From the NCBI GenBank assembly GCA_011049545.1, contig DRHQ01000083.1, positions 29,766-93,765 of the forward strand: 64,000 nt of DNA, given 5' to 3'. Below are positions 48,724 to 58,632 of the stretch, piece after piece; position 1 is the stretch's first letter, and each line of letters starts with the position of its first letter. The position numbers and the translations under genes were made by a program. The DNA comes from Candidatus Aminicenantes bacterium. Its GTDB lineage: Bacteria; Acidobacteriota; Aminicenantia; Aminicenantales; Aminicenantaceae. Under the pieces are notes generated by a model. That model was not told the origin of the DNA and searched no databases. It was given only the letters and a program-made list of their open reading frames with translations.

Positions 48724-49164
48724 TTCTAATCCTTAGATTAAATAACCAATTTTTTGCAAAAATGAAAGATTGCCTATCAATCCTTTTTTATCCTAATTGA
48801 ATTTTAAAGCAATACATTGTTATTTGTCAAAGGGATAAGAATTTGGCTTTTATCGGGATGGCATAAAATGCATCTCTGTCCCGATTTTCCCTTCCAATCA
48901 TAATGGGGAATTATAAATTTGGCCTCAAAAGATGTCAAGGACCTGGCTCTGTTACAAAAATTGGGGCCAGGCACCAATTTTCGTAACTCAAAACCCATAC
49001 TTTGTACGTGGGACTCAAGTCTCAATATTTAACATATCCTCCATTCTTTTAAAATTGATAATTAGTGCTTTCCTCCTGATAAATATGTCAAATGTTGCTT
49101 TCGTTGATACCTGTCTCCTTGATTAAACTTCGCTAAGTAAAATTTGTGCCTGATAATAGGGGGG

Positions 49165-50109
49165 CTATCTTTTCTTAATGTCCAGTTTTTCTCTAAAGTA
49201 GGCGATGGTTTTGAGCAGTCCCTCCTCTAGACCTATTTTTGGCTGCCAGCCGAGTTTTTCTTTGGCTAATGAGATATCCGGACATCGTCGCACAGGGTCA
49301 TCCGAGGGCAGAGGCTTGCGGATGATCTTGGAAGAGCTTTTGGTGAGCGTGATTATTTTTTCGGCTAATTCAAGGATAGTGGATTCTGCTGGATTTCCCA
49401 GGTTCACAGGCTGTGTAAAACCTTCTTTATCCATCGTCAATATGAAAGCATCAATGAGGTCTGAGACATAGCAAAAGGAGCGTGTTTGAGTTCCGTCTCC
49501 GTAAACGGTGACTGGTTCTCCTCTTAGTGCCTGAACGATAAAGTTGCTGACAACCCTTCCGTCATTTATGGCCATCCGCGGCCCGTAGGTGTTAAATATA
49601 CGGACTATTCTGGTGTCAACGTTGTTCTGACGGTGGTAGTCCATCATCAGCGTTTCAGCCACTCTTTTTCCTTCGTCATAGCAGCTTCGGACACCGACAG
49701 GATTAACGTTTCCCCAGTAACTTTCTTTTTGAGGGTGAACTGCCGGATTCCCGTAAACTTCAGATGTGGAAGCGAGGAGGATGCGGGCTTTTATCCTCTT
49801 GGCCATGCCCAGCATATTTATGGTCCCCATGACGCTGGTCTTTACCGTTTTTATCGCATTGTTCTGGTAGTAGAGTGGTGAGGCAGGGCAAGCGAGATTA
49901 TAAATTTTATCAACCTCTAAAAAGAGAGGATGGATAATGTCGTGGCGGATCAGTTCGAAATAAGAGTGGGAAAAGAGATGCCGGATATTATCTTTGTAGC
50001 CTGAGAAAAAATTGTCGACACAGACCACATCCGCCCCCCTTTCTAAAAGAGCGTCGCAAAGATGGCTGCCTAAAAAACCGGCTCCTCCTGTTATAAGGAT
50101 TCGATTCAT
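49165..50109 (-). CDS. UDP-glucuronate decarboxylase (UXS-like SDR)
   Basis: [37 protein letters not shown]. Confidence 0.9.
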   Translation of the reverse strand: MNRILITGGAGFLGSHLCDALLERGADVVCVDNFFSGYKDNIRHLFSHSYFELIRHDIIHPLFLEVDKIYNLACPASPLYYQNNAIKTVKTSVMGTINMLGMAKRIKARILLASTSEVYGNPAVHPQKESYWGNVNPVGVRSCYDEGKRVAETLMMDYHRQNNVDTRIVRIFNTYGPRMAINDGRVVSNFIVQALRGEPVTVYGDGTQTRSFCYVSDLIDAFILTMDKEGFTQPVNLGNPAESTILELAEKIITLTKSSSKIIRKPLPSDDPVRRCPDISLAKEKLGWQPKIGLEEGLLKTIAYFREKLDIKKR

Positions 50110-50124
50110 ATTTTTTTCTCCTTT

Positions 50125-50868
50125 TTACATGTAAGCCATGAAGAGAATGCTCTTTTTTTTGAGGGCGTCCTTCTGAACTTGGGCTATTTCTTTTATTCCT
50201 TTATAGGCTAAGTTTAAAAGAGTGCTCAGTTCTTTTCTTGAAAATGGATTTTTCTCTGCTGTTGCCTGTAATTCCACGAGCTGCTCCTTCTCTGTACCGA
50301 CAACATTCATGTCAATTTCTGCATTTGAATCCTCGGAGTAATCGAGGTCAAGGAGGACTTCTCGTTCCACAATGCCCACACTGATGCCGCTGACAAGGTA
50401 TTTGAGGGGCATCCGGTCGATGATCTTTTCGTCCATCATCTTTTTCAAGGCGAGGGCTAAGGCAAGGCAGGCGGCTGTTACCGAAGCTGTTCTTGTCCCC
50501 CCGTCAGCCTGGAGGACGTCACAGTCAAGGATGATAGTCCTCTCTCCAAGGACGCTAAGATCTGTCACGGCACGAAGTGAGCGTCCTATGAGGCGCTGAA
50601 TTTCCTGACTTCGGCCCGAAATACGAGCATGTGTTCTTTCTCTAATATTTCTTTTTTTAGTGGAGCGGGGAAGCATGGAGTATTCGGCCGTGATCCAGCC
50701 AGTTCCGCTTTTCTTAAGGAAGGGCGGAACCTTCTCTTCAATTGTAGCTGCAGCAACGATCCTGGTTTTGCCGATCTCTATGAAAGCAGAACCGTCAGCA
50801 AAATCCAGATAATCTAGCTTGATTTTTATCGGCCTTAATTCATCGAAAGATCTCTTATTGGCTCTCAT
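50125..50868 (-). CDS. rph: Ribonuclease PH
   Basis: [30 protein letters not shown]. Confidence 0.96.
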   Translation of the reverse strand: MRANKRSFDELRPIKIKLDYLDFADGSAFIEIGKTRIVAAATIEEKVPPFLKKSGTGWITAEYSMLPRSTKKRNIRERTHARISGRSQEIQRLIGRSLRAVTDLSVLGERTIILDCDVLQADGGTRTASVTAACLALALALKKMMDEKIIDRMPLKYLVSGISVGIVEREVLLDLDYSEDSNAEIDMNVVGTEKEQLVELQATAEKNPFSRKELSTLLNLAYKGIKEIAQVQKDALKKKSILFMAYM

Positions 50869-50968
50869 TTTCCCGTTTCCTTTAGAATCCTCGCATCCAC
50901 TCGGATATGCTTGTTGAAATTTTAGTTTTTCTTTCCTTATATATCAAGGATTTGACCATTTTCAAAAT

Positions 50969-51868
50969 TCAAGCCTCCTCTTCCTCTGGTCTCGTTTTCC
51001 ACCTATTGTGGAACCAAAGCCAATAATCTGGATTCTTCCGTATCTGATTTTCTATAATCTTAGTGCATATTTGGGTAATTTTCAATACATCCTGGTTGTA
51101 ATTTCCTTCCAAGGTGATGCTTAGAGGGCTGAATATTTTAATGTGATAGGCATGGGATGATGTAGGATAGCAAAATACCGGGATTAGAGGTGATTTTGTC
51201 TTGAGGGAAAAAGATGCCAGGCTTGGGGTTGTGGCTGCTTTCTTGCCAAAAAAATCGACAAAGACAGCTTGTCTTCTGAGAACATTCTGATCTATCAAAA
51301 AGGCAACCATTTCTCCTGCCTGCAGAGATCGAAGAATCTTTTTTGCTGCCTGATGTTTGTAGATGATGCGGGATCCATGGCTTGTTCTGAGCTTGAGGAG
51401 CTCTTTCTCCAGGAGCTTGTTATCCAAGGCGCGGGCAACGCCACTTAGTTTTCCCTTTGTGGTGAAAAAACTCATAGCGATTTCCCAGCTTCCATAATGA
51501 GCAGAAAAGGGGAGCACTCCTTTTTTTTCTCGAAGAGCTTTAAGCAGATTTTCTTCGCCTTCGACATTTATCAGGGTATTTATTTTCTCTTCTTTAAGTT
51601 GAGGAAGCTTTATGATATCCATGAGGGTCTTTCCGAAATGCATAAAGGAGTTGCGGGCTATTCTTTTAAGCTCAGAAGAGGGCAATTCCTTTCCAAAAGC
51701 GATTTTCAGGTTGGCTAAGGCAATCAGGCGATGCTTTTTATCCAGGTAATAAAAGGCTAACCCTAAGGTTTGTCCCAAAGCGAGACACAGTTTCCGGGAA
51801 AGAATGGACAAAGGAGCTTTGGCTATTTTAAAGAGTGAAAATTCAAATAATTCTTTTAAACTTGCCAT
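50969..51868 (-). CDS. Lipid A late acyltransferase (LpxL/HtrB family)
   Basis: AHYGSWE, LIDQ, FFG, WLWFHNRWK. Confidence 0.88.
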   Translation of the reverse strand: MASLKELFEFSLFKIAKAPLSILSRKLCLALGQTLGLAFYYLDKKHRLIALANLKIAFGKELPSSELKRIARNSFMHFGKTLMDIIKLPQLKEEKINTLINVEGEENLLKALREKKGVLPFSAHYGSWEIAMSFFTTKGKLSGVARALDNKLLEKELLKLRTSHGSRIIYKHQAAKKILRSLQAGEMVAFLIDQNVLRRQAVFVDFFGKKAATTPSLASFSLKTKSPLIPVFCYPTSSHAYHIKIFSPLSITLEGNYNQDVLKITQICTKIIENQIRKNPDYWLWFHNRWKTRPEEEEA

Positions 51869-51877
51869 TTTAGAATA

Positions 51878-52870
51878 TTATACCCAATTTTGGAGTAGAT
51901 TTGATATTCTAGCGTAAAATTTATCCTCCACTTCGAGGTCGATCTTTAAATAAAAAACAGGGATTTTTTTAAGGCTGTTGCTGTGAATAATCTTCAAGGC
52001 ATCTTTCTCAGTAGTGATGATTGCTTCAGCGTTGATTTCTTTGTATTTTTTTGTGATTTTTTCTAGGGAAGATTTGGGATAGGGATGATGATCAGGAAAT
52101 TTAAAGAAAAACGATGGCTTTATGCCTTCCTCATGCAGGGTGGATAAGAATCTTTCAGGCCGGGCTATTCCGCAAAAAGCGAGAACTTTTTTTCTTTTAA
52201 GCTTTTCACCCGGCTCTCTCTCTTTCTCTGCTAACTTGAAGAAACCCCTATTTTTAACAGAGTATTCAAAGACGGTTGATTCAGGAAAGCGTTCCCTTAT
52301 TCTTTTTTTTCTCTGAGGATCGACTCCTTTCTTCATCAAAAGAATGTTGGCTCTTTTAAGGGAAGAGATAGGTTCGCGAAATGCAATTTTCTCTGCCGGA
52401 GTGTAAAGAACAATGTCCAAATCTCTGTGGAGGCGGCGATGCTGGAAGCCGTCATCCAGCACAGCAAGCTCGAAACCCAGGCTCTTTGCTTTTTGGCAAG
52501 AGAGAAGACGATTTTTACCGATGAAAACTCCAGCCTGAGGAATGCTTTGGGCGACCATAAATGGCTCATCACCGGAATCCTCCCAGGCAGCCTGAATGCT
52601 TTTTCCGTCAGAGAGAATGCCTCCGCTCTTTTCCCATCTCCCTTTATATCCACGGGAGATCAGGGCAGGTTTGAAGCCGTGTTTAATGAGATAGGTTATC
52701 AGATTTATGACTAATGGTGTTTTTTCTGTCCCCCCAAAGGCGATGCTTCCCACGCTGATAACGGACAAAGGCGCTTTTTTTGGTGTTGATATTTTCTTTT
52801 TGTAAAACCAATTTTTAATCTGGCATCCTGAGCGGTTGAAAAGAGAAAGAAGGAATATGAGGAATTTCAT
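51878..52870 (-). CDS. lpxK: Tetraacyldisaccharide 4'-kinase
   Basis: GGTEKTP, SRGY, GDEP, LDDGFQH, FPDHH, TTEKD. Confidence 0.92.
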   Translation of the reverse strand: MKFLIFLLSLFNRSGCQIKNWFYKKKISTPKKAPLSVISVGSIAFGGTEKTPLVINLITYLIKHGFKPALISRGYKGRWEKSGGILSDGKSIQAAWEDSGDEPFMVAQSIPQAGVFIGKNRLLSCQKAKSLGFELAVLDDGFQHRRLHRDLDIVLYTPAEKIAFREPISSLKRANILLMKKGVDPQRKKRIRERFPESTVFEYSVKNRGFFKLAEKEREPGEKLKRKKVLAFCGIARPERFLSTLHEEGIKPSFFFKFPDHHPYPKSSLEKITKKYKEINAEAIITTEKDALKIIHSNSLKKIPVFYLKIDLEVEDKFYARISNLLQNWV

Positions 52871-52935
52871 CCTCTGGGGAATATACTATATTCGATTTCC
52901 TCTTTCAAGAAGTCATTAATGAGCGTGCCCCTTGA

Positions 52936-53202
52936 AAGCATCTCCAAATCCTTTATTGCTTAATAAGAGTATTTGGGAATGGTCTCGCTCCCAAAAGATT
53001 TTTAACGCCATTCAAATTCCGCTCTTCTCGGTGGCTGCGTAACTCACCCATAAATGGGTTCAGACATACTTGCCAGTCCACTGCGTGGACTCCCCTCGAA
53101 GAACGGAATTTGAAGGCTAAATCTTTTAAGGTCGCCTCACCCATCCCCAAATACTCTTACCTTATGAATGACTATTTATTCATCGCGGAAATGGAGATGC
53201 TT
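52936..53202. repeat. 267-bp nested inverted-repeat element (MITE-like or structured RNA)
   Basis: AAGCATCTCCA/TGGAGATGCTT, TAAGAGTATTTGGG/CCCAAATACTCTTA, AAAAGATTT/AAATCTTTT, TTCAAATTCCG/CGGAATTTGAA. Confidence 0.7.
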
Positions 53203-53328
53203 ACCCGGTCCCCATTTTTGCTTTGACTTTTTTCTTTGGCTTATGGTAGTTTTTGCTTTCCATTCAAAACATAAGATGAGTATTTTGGCATAATGCTCGT
53301 TCATCACAAGGATAAAGGAGGATATGAT

Positions 53329-56300
53329 ATGAAAAAAAGAATATTTTCGTCCAGGGTTCTATTGGTTCTGTGTCTGGGATTAGCCGTAAGCCTTTTCCTC
53401 GGTGCGAAAAAAGCAAAGAAAGAACCTGAACCTCTTATAAAGGAATCAATCCTTGACGGGATGAAATGGAGATGTATCGGCCCATCCAATATGGGAGGAC
53501 GGATTGATGATTTTGCTGTTGTGGAAAGCAATCCTAAAATCATTTATGCAGGGACTGCCTCAGGGGGAGTGTGGAAGACCACCAATAATGGCGTAACCTG
53601 GGAATCCATTTTCGACGACCAGATTACTAGCTCCATCGGCGATGTGACCGTGGCGCCTTCCAATCCGGGTATAATCTGGGTTGGCACTGGAGAACCGAAC
53701 AATCGTCAGAGTTCTTCCTGGGGAGACGGGGTTTATAAATCTACTGACAGCGGCAGGACATGGAAAAATATGGGACTTCGTGATACCCATCATATTGGTC
53801 GCATTGTCATCCATCCCACCAATCCGGATATAGTTTATGTTGCAGCCTTGGGGCATCTTTGGGGTCCGAACAAAGAAAGGGGCCTGTTTCGAACCATGGA
53901 CGGCGGAAAAACCTGGACCAATACCAAGTTTATTGATAAGAATACAGGTTTTGTGGATGTTGCTATAGACTTTGAGAATCCCAATGTTTTATATGCAGCA
54001 GCTTACCAGAGGCGCCGCCGCGGCTGGGGTTTTAATGGGGGAGGACTTGGCAGTGGTCTTTACAGGACGACCGATAGCGGAGAAACATGGGCCCGTCTGA
54101 CAAATGGACTGCCTTCGGGTAACATAGGACGTATCGGAATCGATATTTACCAAAGAAACTCCAGCATTGTCTATGCCGTTATTGAACACAAACAGGGAGG
54201 ATTTTTTCGTTCTGAAAATAAAGGCTTAACCTGGAAAAAGATGTCAAGCACCAATCCCCGGCCCATGTATTACAGCAAAATACGCATCGACCCGAACAAT
54301 GAGCAGAAGATCTGGGTTCTCGGAGGTTCTATGTATGTATCTGAGGACGGAGGGAAGACTTTCCGCACGGATATTGTAAGGGGGGAGGTCCATGAAGACC
54401 ATCATGCCCTGTGGATTGATCCTTCTGATTCCGATCACATGGTTCTCGGCTCAGATGGAGGGATTTATTTTTCCTATGATTGCGGCAAATCATGGGATTT
54501 TGTCAATACTCTCCCTCTTGGACAGTTTTACGAAATAGGCTTTGACATGCGCAAACCTTATTATGTCTATGGAGGCTTGCAGGATAACGGAAGCTGGGGA
54601 GGGCCGAGTGCAACCTGGCATATGGGGGGAATCACCAACGAAGATTGGATCTTAATCGGGTGGGGAGATGGCTTTTACGCTAAAGTCGATCCAACGGACT
54701 ACAACACCATTTATGCCGAAATGCAGAATGGCAACCTCTTTCGGTTTGATTTAAGGTCAGGAGAGACCAAGTCAATAAGACCTGATCCTGAGGATGAGAA
54801 AGAGGTTTATAGGTTCAACTGGAACTCTCCGATTTTAATATCTCCCCATGATCCCAAGACAATCTATTATGGGGGTAACAAACTATTTAAATCTAAAAAC
54901 AGAGGAGAGACTTGGGAAGCCTCGATTGATCTGACCACTCAGCAGGACAGAGAAAAGCTTCCGCTTATGGGAGTGCTTCTAGGCAAAGACACCCTTTCCC
55001 GACATGACGGCATTTCCTATTACGGCGATATCACAACAGTTTCTGAGTCCCCTCTTAAAGAAGGCCTCATCTATGCAGGCACAGATGACGGTAACCTACA
55101 GGTCTCCCGCGATGGCGGGAAGAATTGGAAGAATGTGATCAGCAAAGTTCCTCGGGTGCCCAAGTATACCTATGTCACCAGGGTTGTAGCTTCCCGCTTT
55201 AAAGAAGGGACAGCCTATGCCACATTTGACGGCCACCGCAATAATGATTTCAAAGCCTATGTCTTTATGACAACCGATTATGGTGAAAGCTGGAAGAGTA
55301 TCTCTTTCAATCTGCCTCAAGGCGGAATTGTCAATGTTATAAGAGAGCATCACCGGAACCCCAATCTTCTTTTTATCGGAACAGAACGAGGCGCCTACTT
55401 CTCTATTGACAGGGGAAAGAAGTGGGTGAAATTTAAGAGCAACTTCCCTACCGTTCCCGTTGATGACATTGCCATTCATCCTCGAGAGAATGACCTGATT
55501 TTCGCCACCCATGGCCGGAGTGTATGGATTTTAGATGACATCACACCTTTAGAACAGCTTACGAAAAATACCCTGGCCTCTCCTGCATCTCTTTTTGACA
55601 TACGCCAAGCGACAATCTTTAATCCTTACCGCCACAGGGAGAGTCTTGGTCACAAATTATTTGTCGCTCCAAATCCGCCTTTTGGGGCTATGATAAGTTA
55701 CTACCTGAAAGAAGAAGCAAAAGAAGATGTAAAGATAATCATTCAGGATAGCACAAGTGGAGCAATAAGGGAGCTCGAGGGTTCGAAGAGTGCTGGAATC
55801 AATCGCATTACTTGGGATTTGAGGTATGGGCTTCCAGAGGTCCCTGGAGAGCAAAGGGCAGGTCGTAGATTCAGAGTTCGAGCCCCTTTTGTTCTTCCCG
55901 GAGAGTATCAGGTGAAATTGAAAGCGGCAGGTCAGGAGATGACAAAGGCTGTTCAGGTTGAAGGAGATCCAAGGATTGATATTTCCTTCGAAGACAGGAA
56001 AACTCAGCATGATGCCCTCTTAAGTATTTATAAGCTCTCCCCGTCTCTTTCAGCAGCGAGCCGTGCTTCAGATAGTATAAGAAAGGAGATAAAAAAGCAG
56101 GAAGGCGCTCTAAAAAAGATACCTAGCGCCCCCGAGTCAATTCATGAATCACTTAAGGCTATTTCCAAAGAGATCGATGACATTCGGCTTAAATTGTTAG
56201 GGAATCCGGAATTAGGTCGGAGGGGGATGCGCTTTTCAGTCAGGGGACGACTCCTCGGTCTAGGGAGGTCTATCGGAGGATATACAGGTGCTCCTTCTGA

Positions 56301-56460
56301 ACGTCAGGTTCAGCAGATAAGCAAGGATTCTGAAGTATTAAAGACACTTATTGAGAGGATAAACAAGATAATAGAAGTGGATATTCCCAAACTGAATGAG
56401 TTGATGAACAAAAACAGCATCCCCCGTATATTTGCTGGAAAAAAAATAAGAATTAACTAG
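53329..56460 (+). CDS. Secreted VPS10/BNR-repeat beta-propeller protein (glycosyl hydrolase-like)
   Basis: Many SxDxGxTW Asp-boxes, WRCIGPSNMGGRI, GGLQDNG; signal peptide. Confidence 0.85.
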   Translation: MKKRIFSSRVLLVLCLGLAVSLFLGAKKAKKEPEPLIKESILDGMKWRCIGPSNMGGRIDDFAVVESNPKIIYAGTASGGVWKTTNNGVTWESIFDDQITSSIGDVTVAPSNPGIIWVGTGEPNNRQSSSWGDGVYKSTDSGRTWKNMGLRDTHHIGRIVIHPTNPDIVYVAALGHLWGPNKERGLFRTMDGGKTWTNTKFIDKNTGFVDVAIDFENPNVLYAAAYQRRRRGWGFNGGGLGSGLYRTTDSGETWARLTNGLPSGNIGRIGIDIYQRNSSIVYAVIEHKQGGFFRSENKGLTWKKMSSTNPRPMYYSKIRIDPNNEQKIWVLGGSMYVSEDGGKTFRTDIVRGEVHEDHHALWIDPSDSDHMVLGSDGGIYFSYDCGKSWDFVNTLPLGQFYEIGFDMRKPYYVYGGLQDNGSWGGPSATWHMGGITNEDWILIGWGDGFYAKVDPTDYNTIYAEMQNGNLFRFDLRSGETKSIRPDPEDEKEVYRFNWNSPILISPHDPKTIYYGGNKLFKSKNRGETWEASIDLTTQQDREKLPLMGVLLGKDTLSRHDGISYYGDITTVSESPLKEGLIYAGTDDGNLQVSRDGGKNWKNVISKVPRVPKYTYVTRVVASRFKEGTAYATFDGHRNNDFKAYVFMTTDYGESWKSISFNLPQGGIVNVIREHHRNPNLLFIGTERGAYFSIDRGKKWVKFKSNFPTVPVDDIAIHPRENDLIFATHGRSVWILDDITPLEQLTKNTLASPASLFDIRQATIFNPYRHRESLGHKLFVAPNPPFGAMISYYLKEEAKEDVKIIIQDSTSGAIRELEGSKSAGINRITWDLRYGLPEVPGEQRAGRRFRVRAPFVLPGEYQVKLKAAGQEMTKAVQVEGDPRIDISFEDRKTQHDALLSIYKLSPSLSAASRASDSIRKEIKKQEGALKKIPSAPESIHESLKAISKEIDDIRLKLLGNPELGRRGMRFSVRGRLLGLGRSIGGYTGAPSERQVQQISKDSEVLKTLIERINKIIEVDIPKLNELMNKNSIPRIFAGKKIRIN

Positions 56461-56469
56461 AGTTGCAGG

Positions 56470-57366
56470 ATGGCAAGCCTGGATTATTCACGGATCGAGA
56501 TTATAAGGAAGGTAGCAGGAATCTTTCTAGTTGTGCAGATAGCATTTGTCTCTTTCAGCTGCAAGAAGCAGACGCAGATCAGGGGGGTCGAACTCGAGGT
56601 GAGCTTTTCTGAAGCGACTTTATCAGATGACCTGATTACTGATATCCAGTATAGATGGAAGACGAAGAAGGACTTTGTAGGGATAAAAGAAGACTACAAT
56701 GCTTATGTGCATTTTTGGCATAGATATAACCTTATTTTCTATGATAATCATTCCCCCGAAATTCCAACATCTCAATGGGAGCCGGAAAAAGAATACACTT
56801 ATTCACGAAGAATATATATTCCCGCCTTTATTGATAAGTCTGGCCCTGTGTTCAAGGGAGAAGATATTTTAAGATTGTCTATCGGATTGAACTCTCCTTA
56901 TGACAGGTCCGGGAAACTACCAGAGCCTCTTCTTGAAAAAAGATTAAAGTTTTCGCCTGCTCCTCCCGATATTCCCAAAATCAGCTACGAGGACGGATGG
57001 TATGATTTAGAAATAAGCCCGGGGACTTCTCTTAAAAGGTGGAGATGGACAGCCAATGAAGCCAGATGCAAAATTGATAATCCCCGTCAGGATGCACTGC
57101 TGTTTATAAAAGGGGGGGTGAATCTGGGAGTATTGAATAATCAAAAAGTTGTCTTCAAAGTCAACGATTCGATTATAGATGAATTCATCCCAGAAGAAAG
57201 TCAATTCGAGAAATCATACAGGATAAAAAAAGAAATACTTGGCGAGGCGGATAAATTTTATCTCGTTATCTCTACAGATAAAACGTTTATCCCGAAGCAG
57301 GTTATACTTCGTTCTAAGGATGAGAGAGAGTTAGGGATCCAGATTTCTTTTATTTATTTTAGATAG
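56470..57366 (+). CDS. Hypothetical lipoprotein
   Basis: Lipobox-like SFSC, GWY..E...WRWT, DERELGI. Confidence 0.65.
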   Translation: MASLDYSRIEIIRKVAGIFLVVQIAFVSFSCKKQTQIRGVELEVSFSEATLSDDLITDIQYRWKTKKDFVGIKEDYNAYVHFWHRYNLIFYDNHSPEIPTSQWEPEKEYTYSRRIYIPAFIDKSGPVFKGEDILRLSIGLNSPYDRSGKLPEPLLEKRLKFSPAPPDIPKISYEDGWYDLEISPGTSLKRWRWTANEARCKIDNPRQDALLFIKGGVNLGVLNNQKVVFKVNDSIIDEFIPEESQFEKSYRIKKEILGEADKFYLVISTDKTFIPKQVILRSKDERELGIQISFIYFR

Positions 57367-57442
57367 GTAAACGCAAATAAAGGAGAGCGGAACACCTTAG
57401 AGAACTTTCTCTTTCCCCTTATTCTTGATTTTCTTGTTAGGG

Positions 57443-58012
57443 CTATCTTCTCTTTCTGGCTCCGGTCCTTGCCTTCTGATATTCTTTCCTGGCCTTGGCT
57501 TCCTCTTCTTTAGCTTTCTGAAGTCTCAGAGAAGTTTCGCTTATATTTCTCTGAATGTTTTCTCTGGAACTCATGTCATCCATGCTGTAAAATTCTTGCC
57601 ATAGACCGTTCACTCTCGTGGTGAATAAACCTACTTGCTCTCTCGCGCTCTTCCATTTCTGCTCGAGTTCATCTGGTGTATTTTCTTGAGGCTTCGCTCT
57701 GTCCTGGCTTCTAGCCACTGATGATCTTGCTCTGGCTCTTGATGGCTCCGCTTTATCTTGTGCAGACATCTCAGATGAAGATCCTGCCGTTGCGCTTCCT
57801 TCGGAGTAGTCTGCTTGTCTTGAAATGGTAAGAGCCGGCCCTCTTTTAATATTTGACAGATCAGCATTGGTAACAACTGTCTTTTCTTGATTCTTTAGTT
57901 TTTCTCTTCTTTCTTTTTCCTTTTTGGCTAAATCAACCAAACTTTGGGAAGAAAGGACACAGGTAAGGAATAAAGGGAGAGAAATTGCTACGATAATTTT
58001 TTTAAAACTCAT
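57443..58012 (-). CDS. Secreted coiled-coil hypothetical protein
   Basis: Signal peptide, QSLVDLAKKEKERR, TNADL. Confidence 0.7.
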   Translation of the reverse strand: MSFKKIIVAISLPLFLTCVLSSQSLVDLAKKEKERREKLKNQEKTVVTNADLSNIKRGPALTISRQADYSEGSATAGSSSEMSAQDKAEPSRARARSSVARSQDRAKPQENTPDELEQKWKSAREQVGLFTTRVNGLWQEFYSMDDMSSRENIQRNISETSLRLQKAKEEEAKARKEYQKARTGARKRR

Positions 58013-58330
58013 TTTTCCTTCTCTTTAAAATTTATTTTATACATCAGAACTTTTTATGTCAATCAAACGAATAACTAACGCTCGCCAAGAATTACTGGCT
58101 CTTTCACACCTCTATTTGGCAATAAATACCGTCGGAGATTCATTATTGCCGCAAACATAATGTAATAAAAACCCTGATATAAGTAAATACCCCTTTGAGG
58201 TGATTTGGGGAATGATTTTGTTTCTTTTTTTCCTCACCTAAAAAGATGACCTACCCTCACCATTTCAGTTTACCTGATTTATTCATAAATTATGCCGACA
58301 CCAATATTCATTTTCATTGATATCTGGTAA

Positions 58331-58623
58331 AAAAAGGGGACAGGCTACTTTTTCTATAAGAAACAGGACAGCTCTGGGGTCAGGCCTTGCCATCGAGAAA
58401 AGATATTTTCCGCACTCTTGTCCCTGCAGCATTCCCTCGGACAAGGTCTGGCCCCAAAAGGCCCATCAGAAAAAGTAGCCTGTTGTACTAGCTCAATAAT
58501 TCGGTAACACTTTTTAGATGTCATTGCCACACTCCCTTCGGTCGCTCGCAATGACACTTCTGTCTTCAATATCATTACAGAAAGTGTTACCTAATTACTG
58601 AGCATAAACACCTGTCCCCTTTT
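58331..58623. repeat. Nested composite of four palindromic/MITE families
   Basis: GGGGACAGGCTAC arm 58331; GGGGTCAGGCCTTG element 58376-58456; TIR element 58491-58603 containing TGTCATTGC..GCAATGACA. Confidence 0.7.
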
Positions 58624-58632
58624 ATTTGTTTT

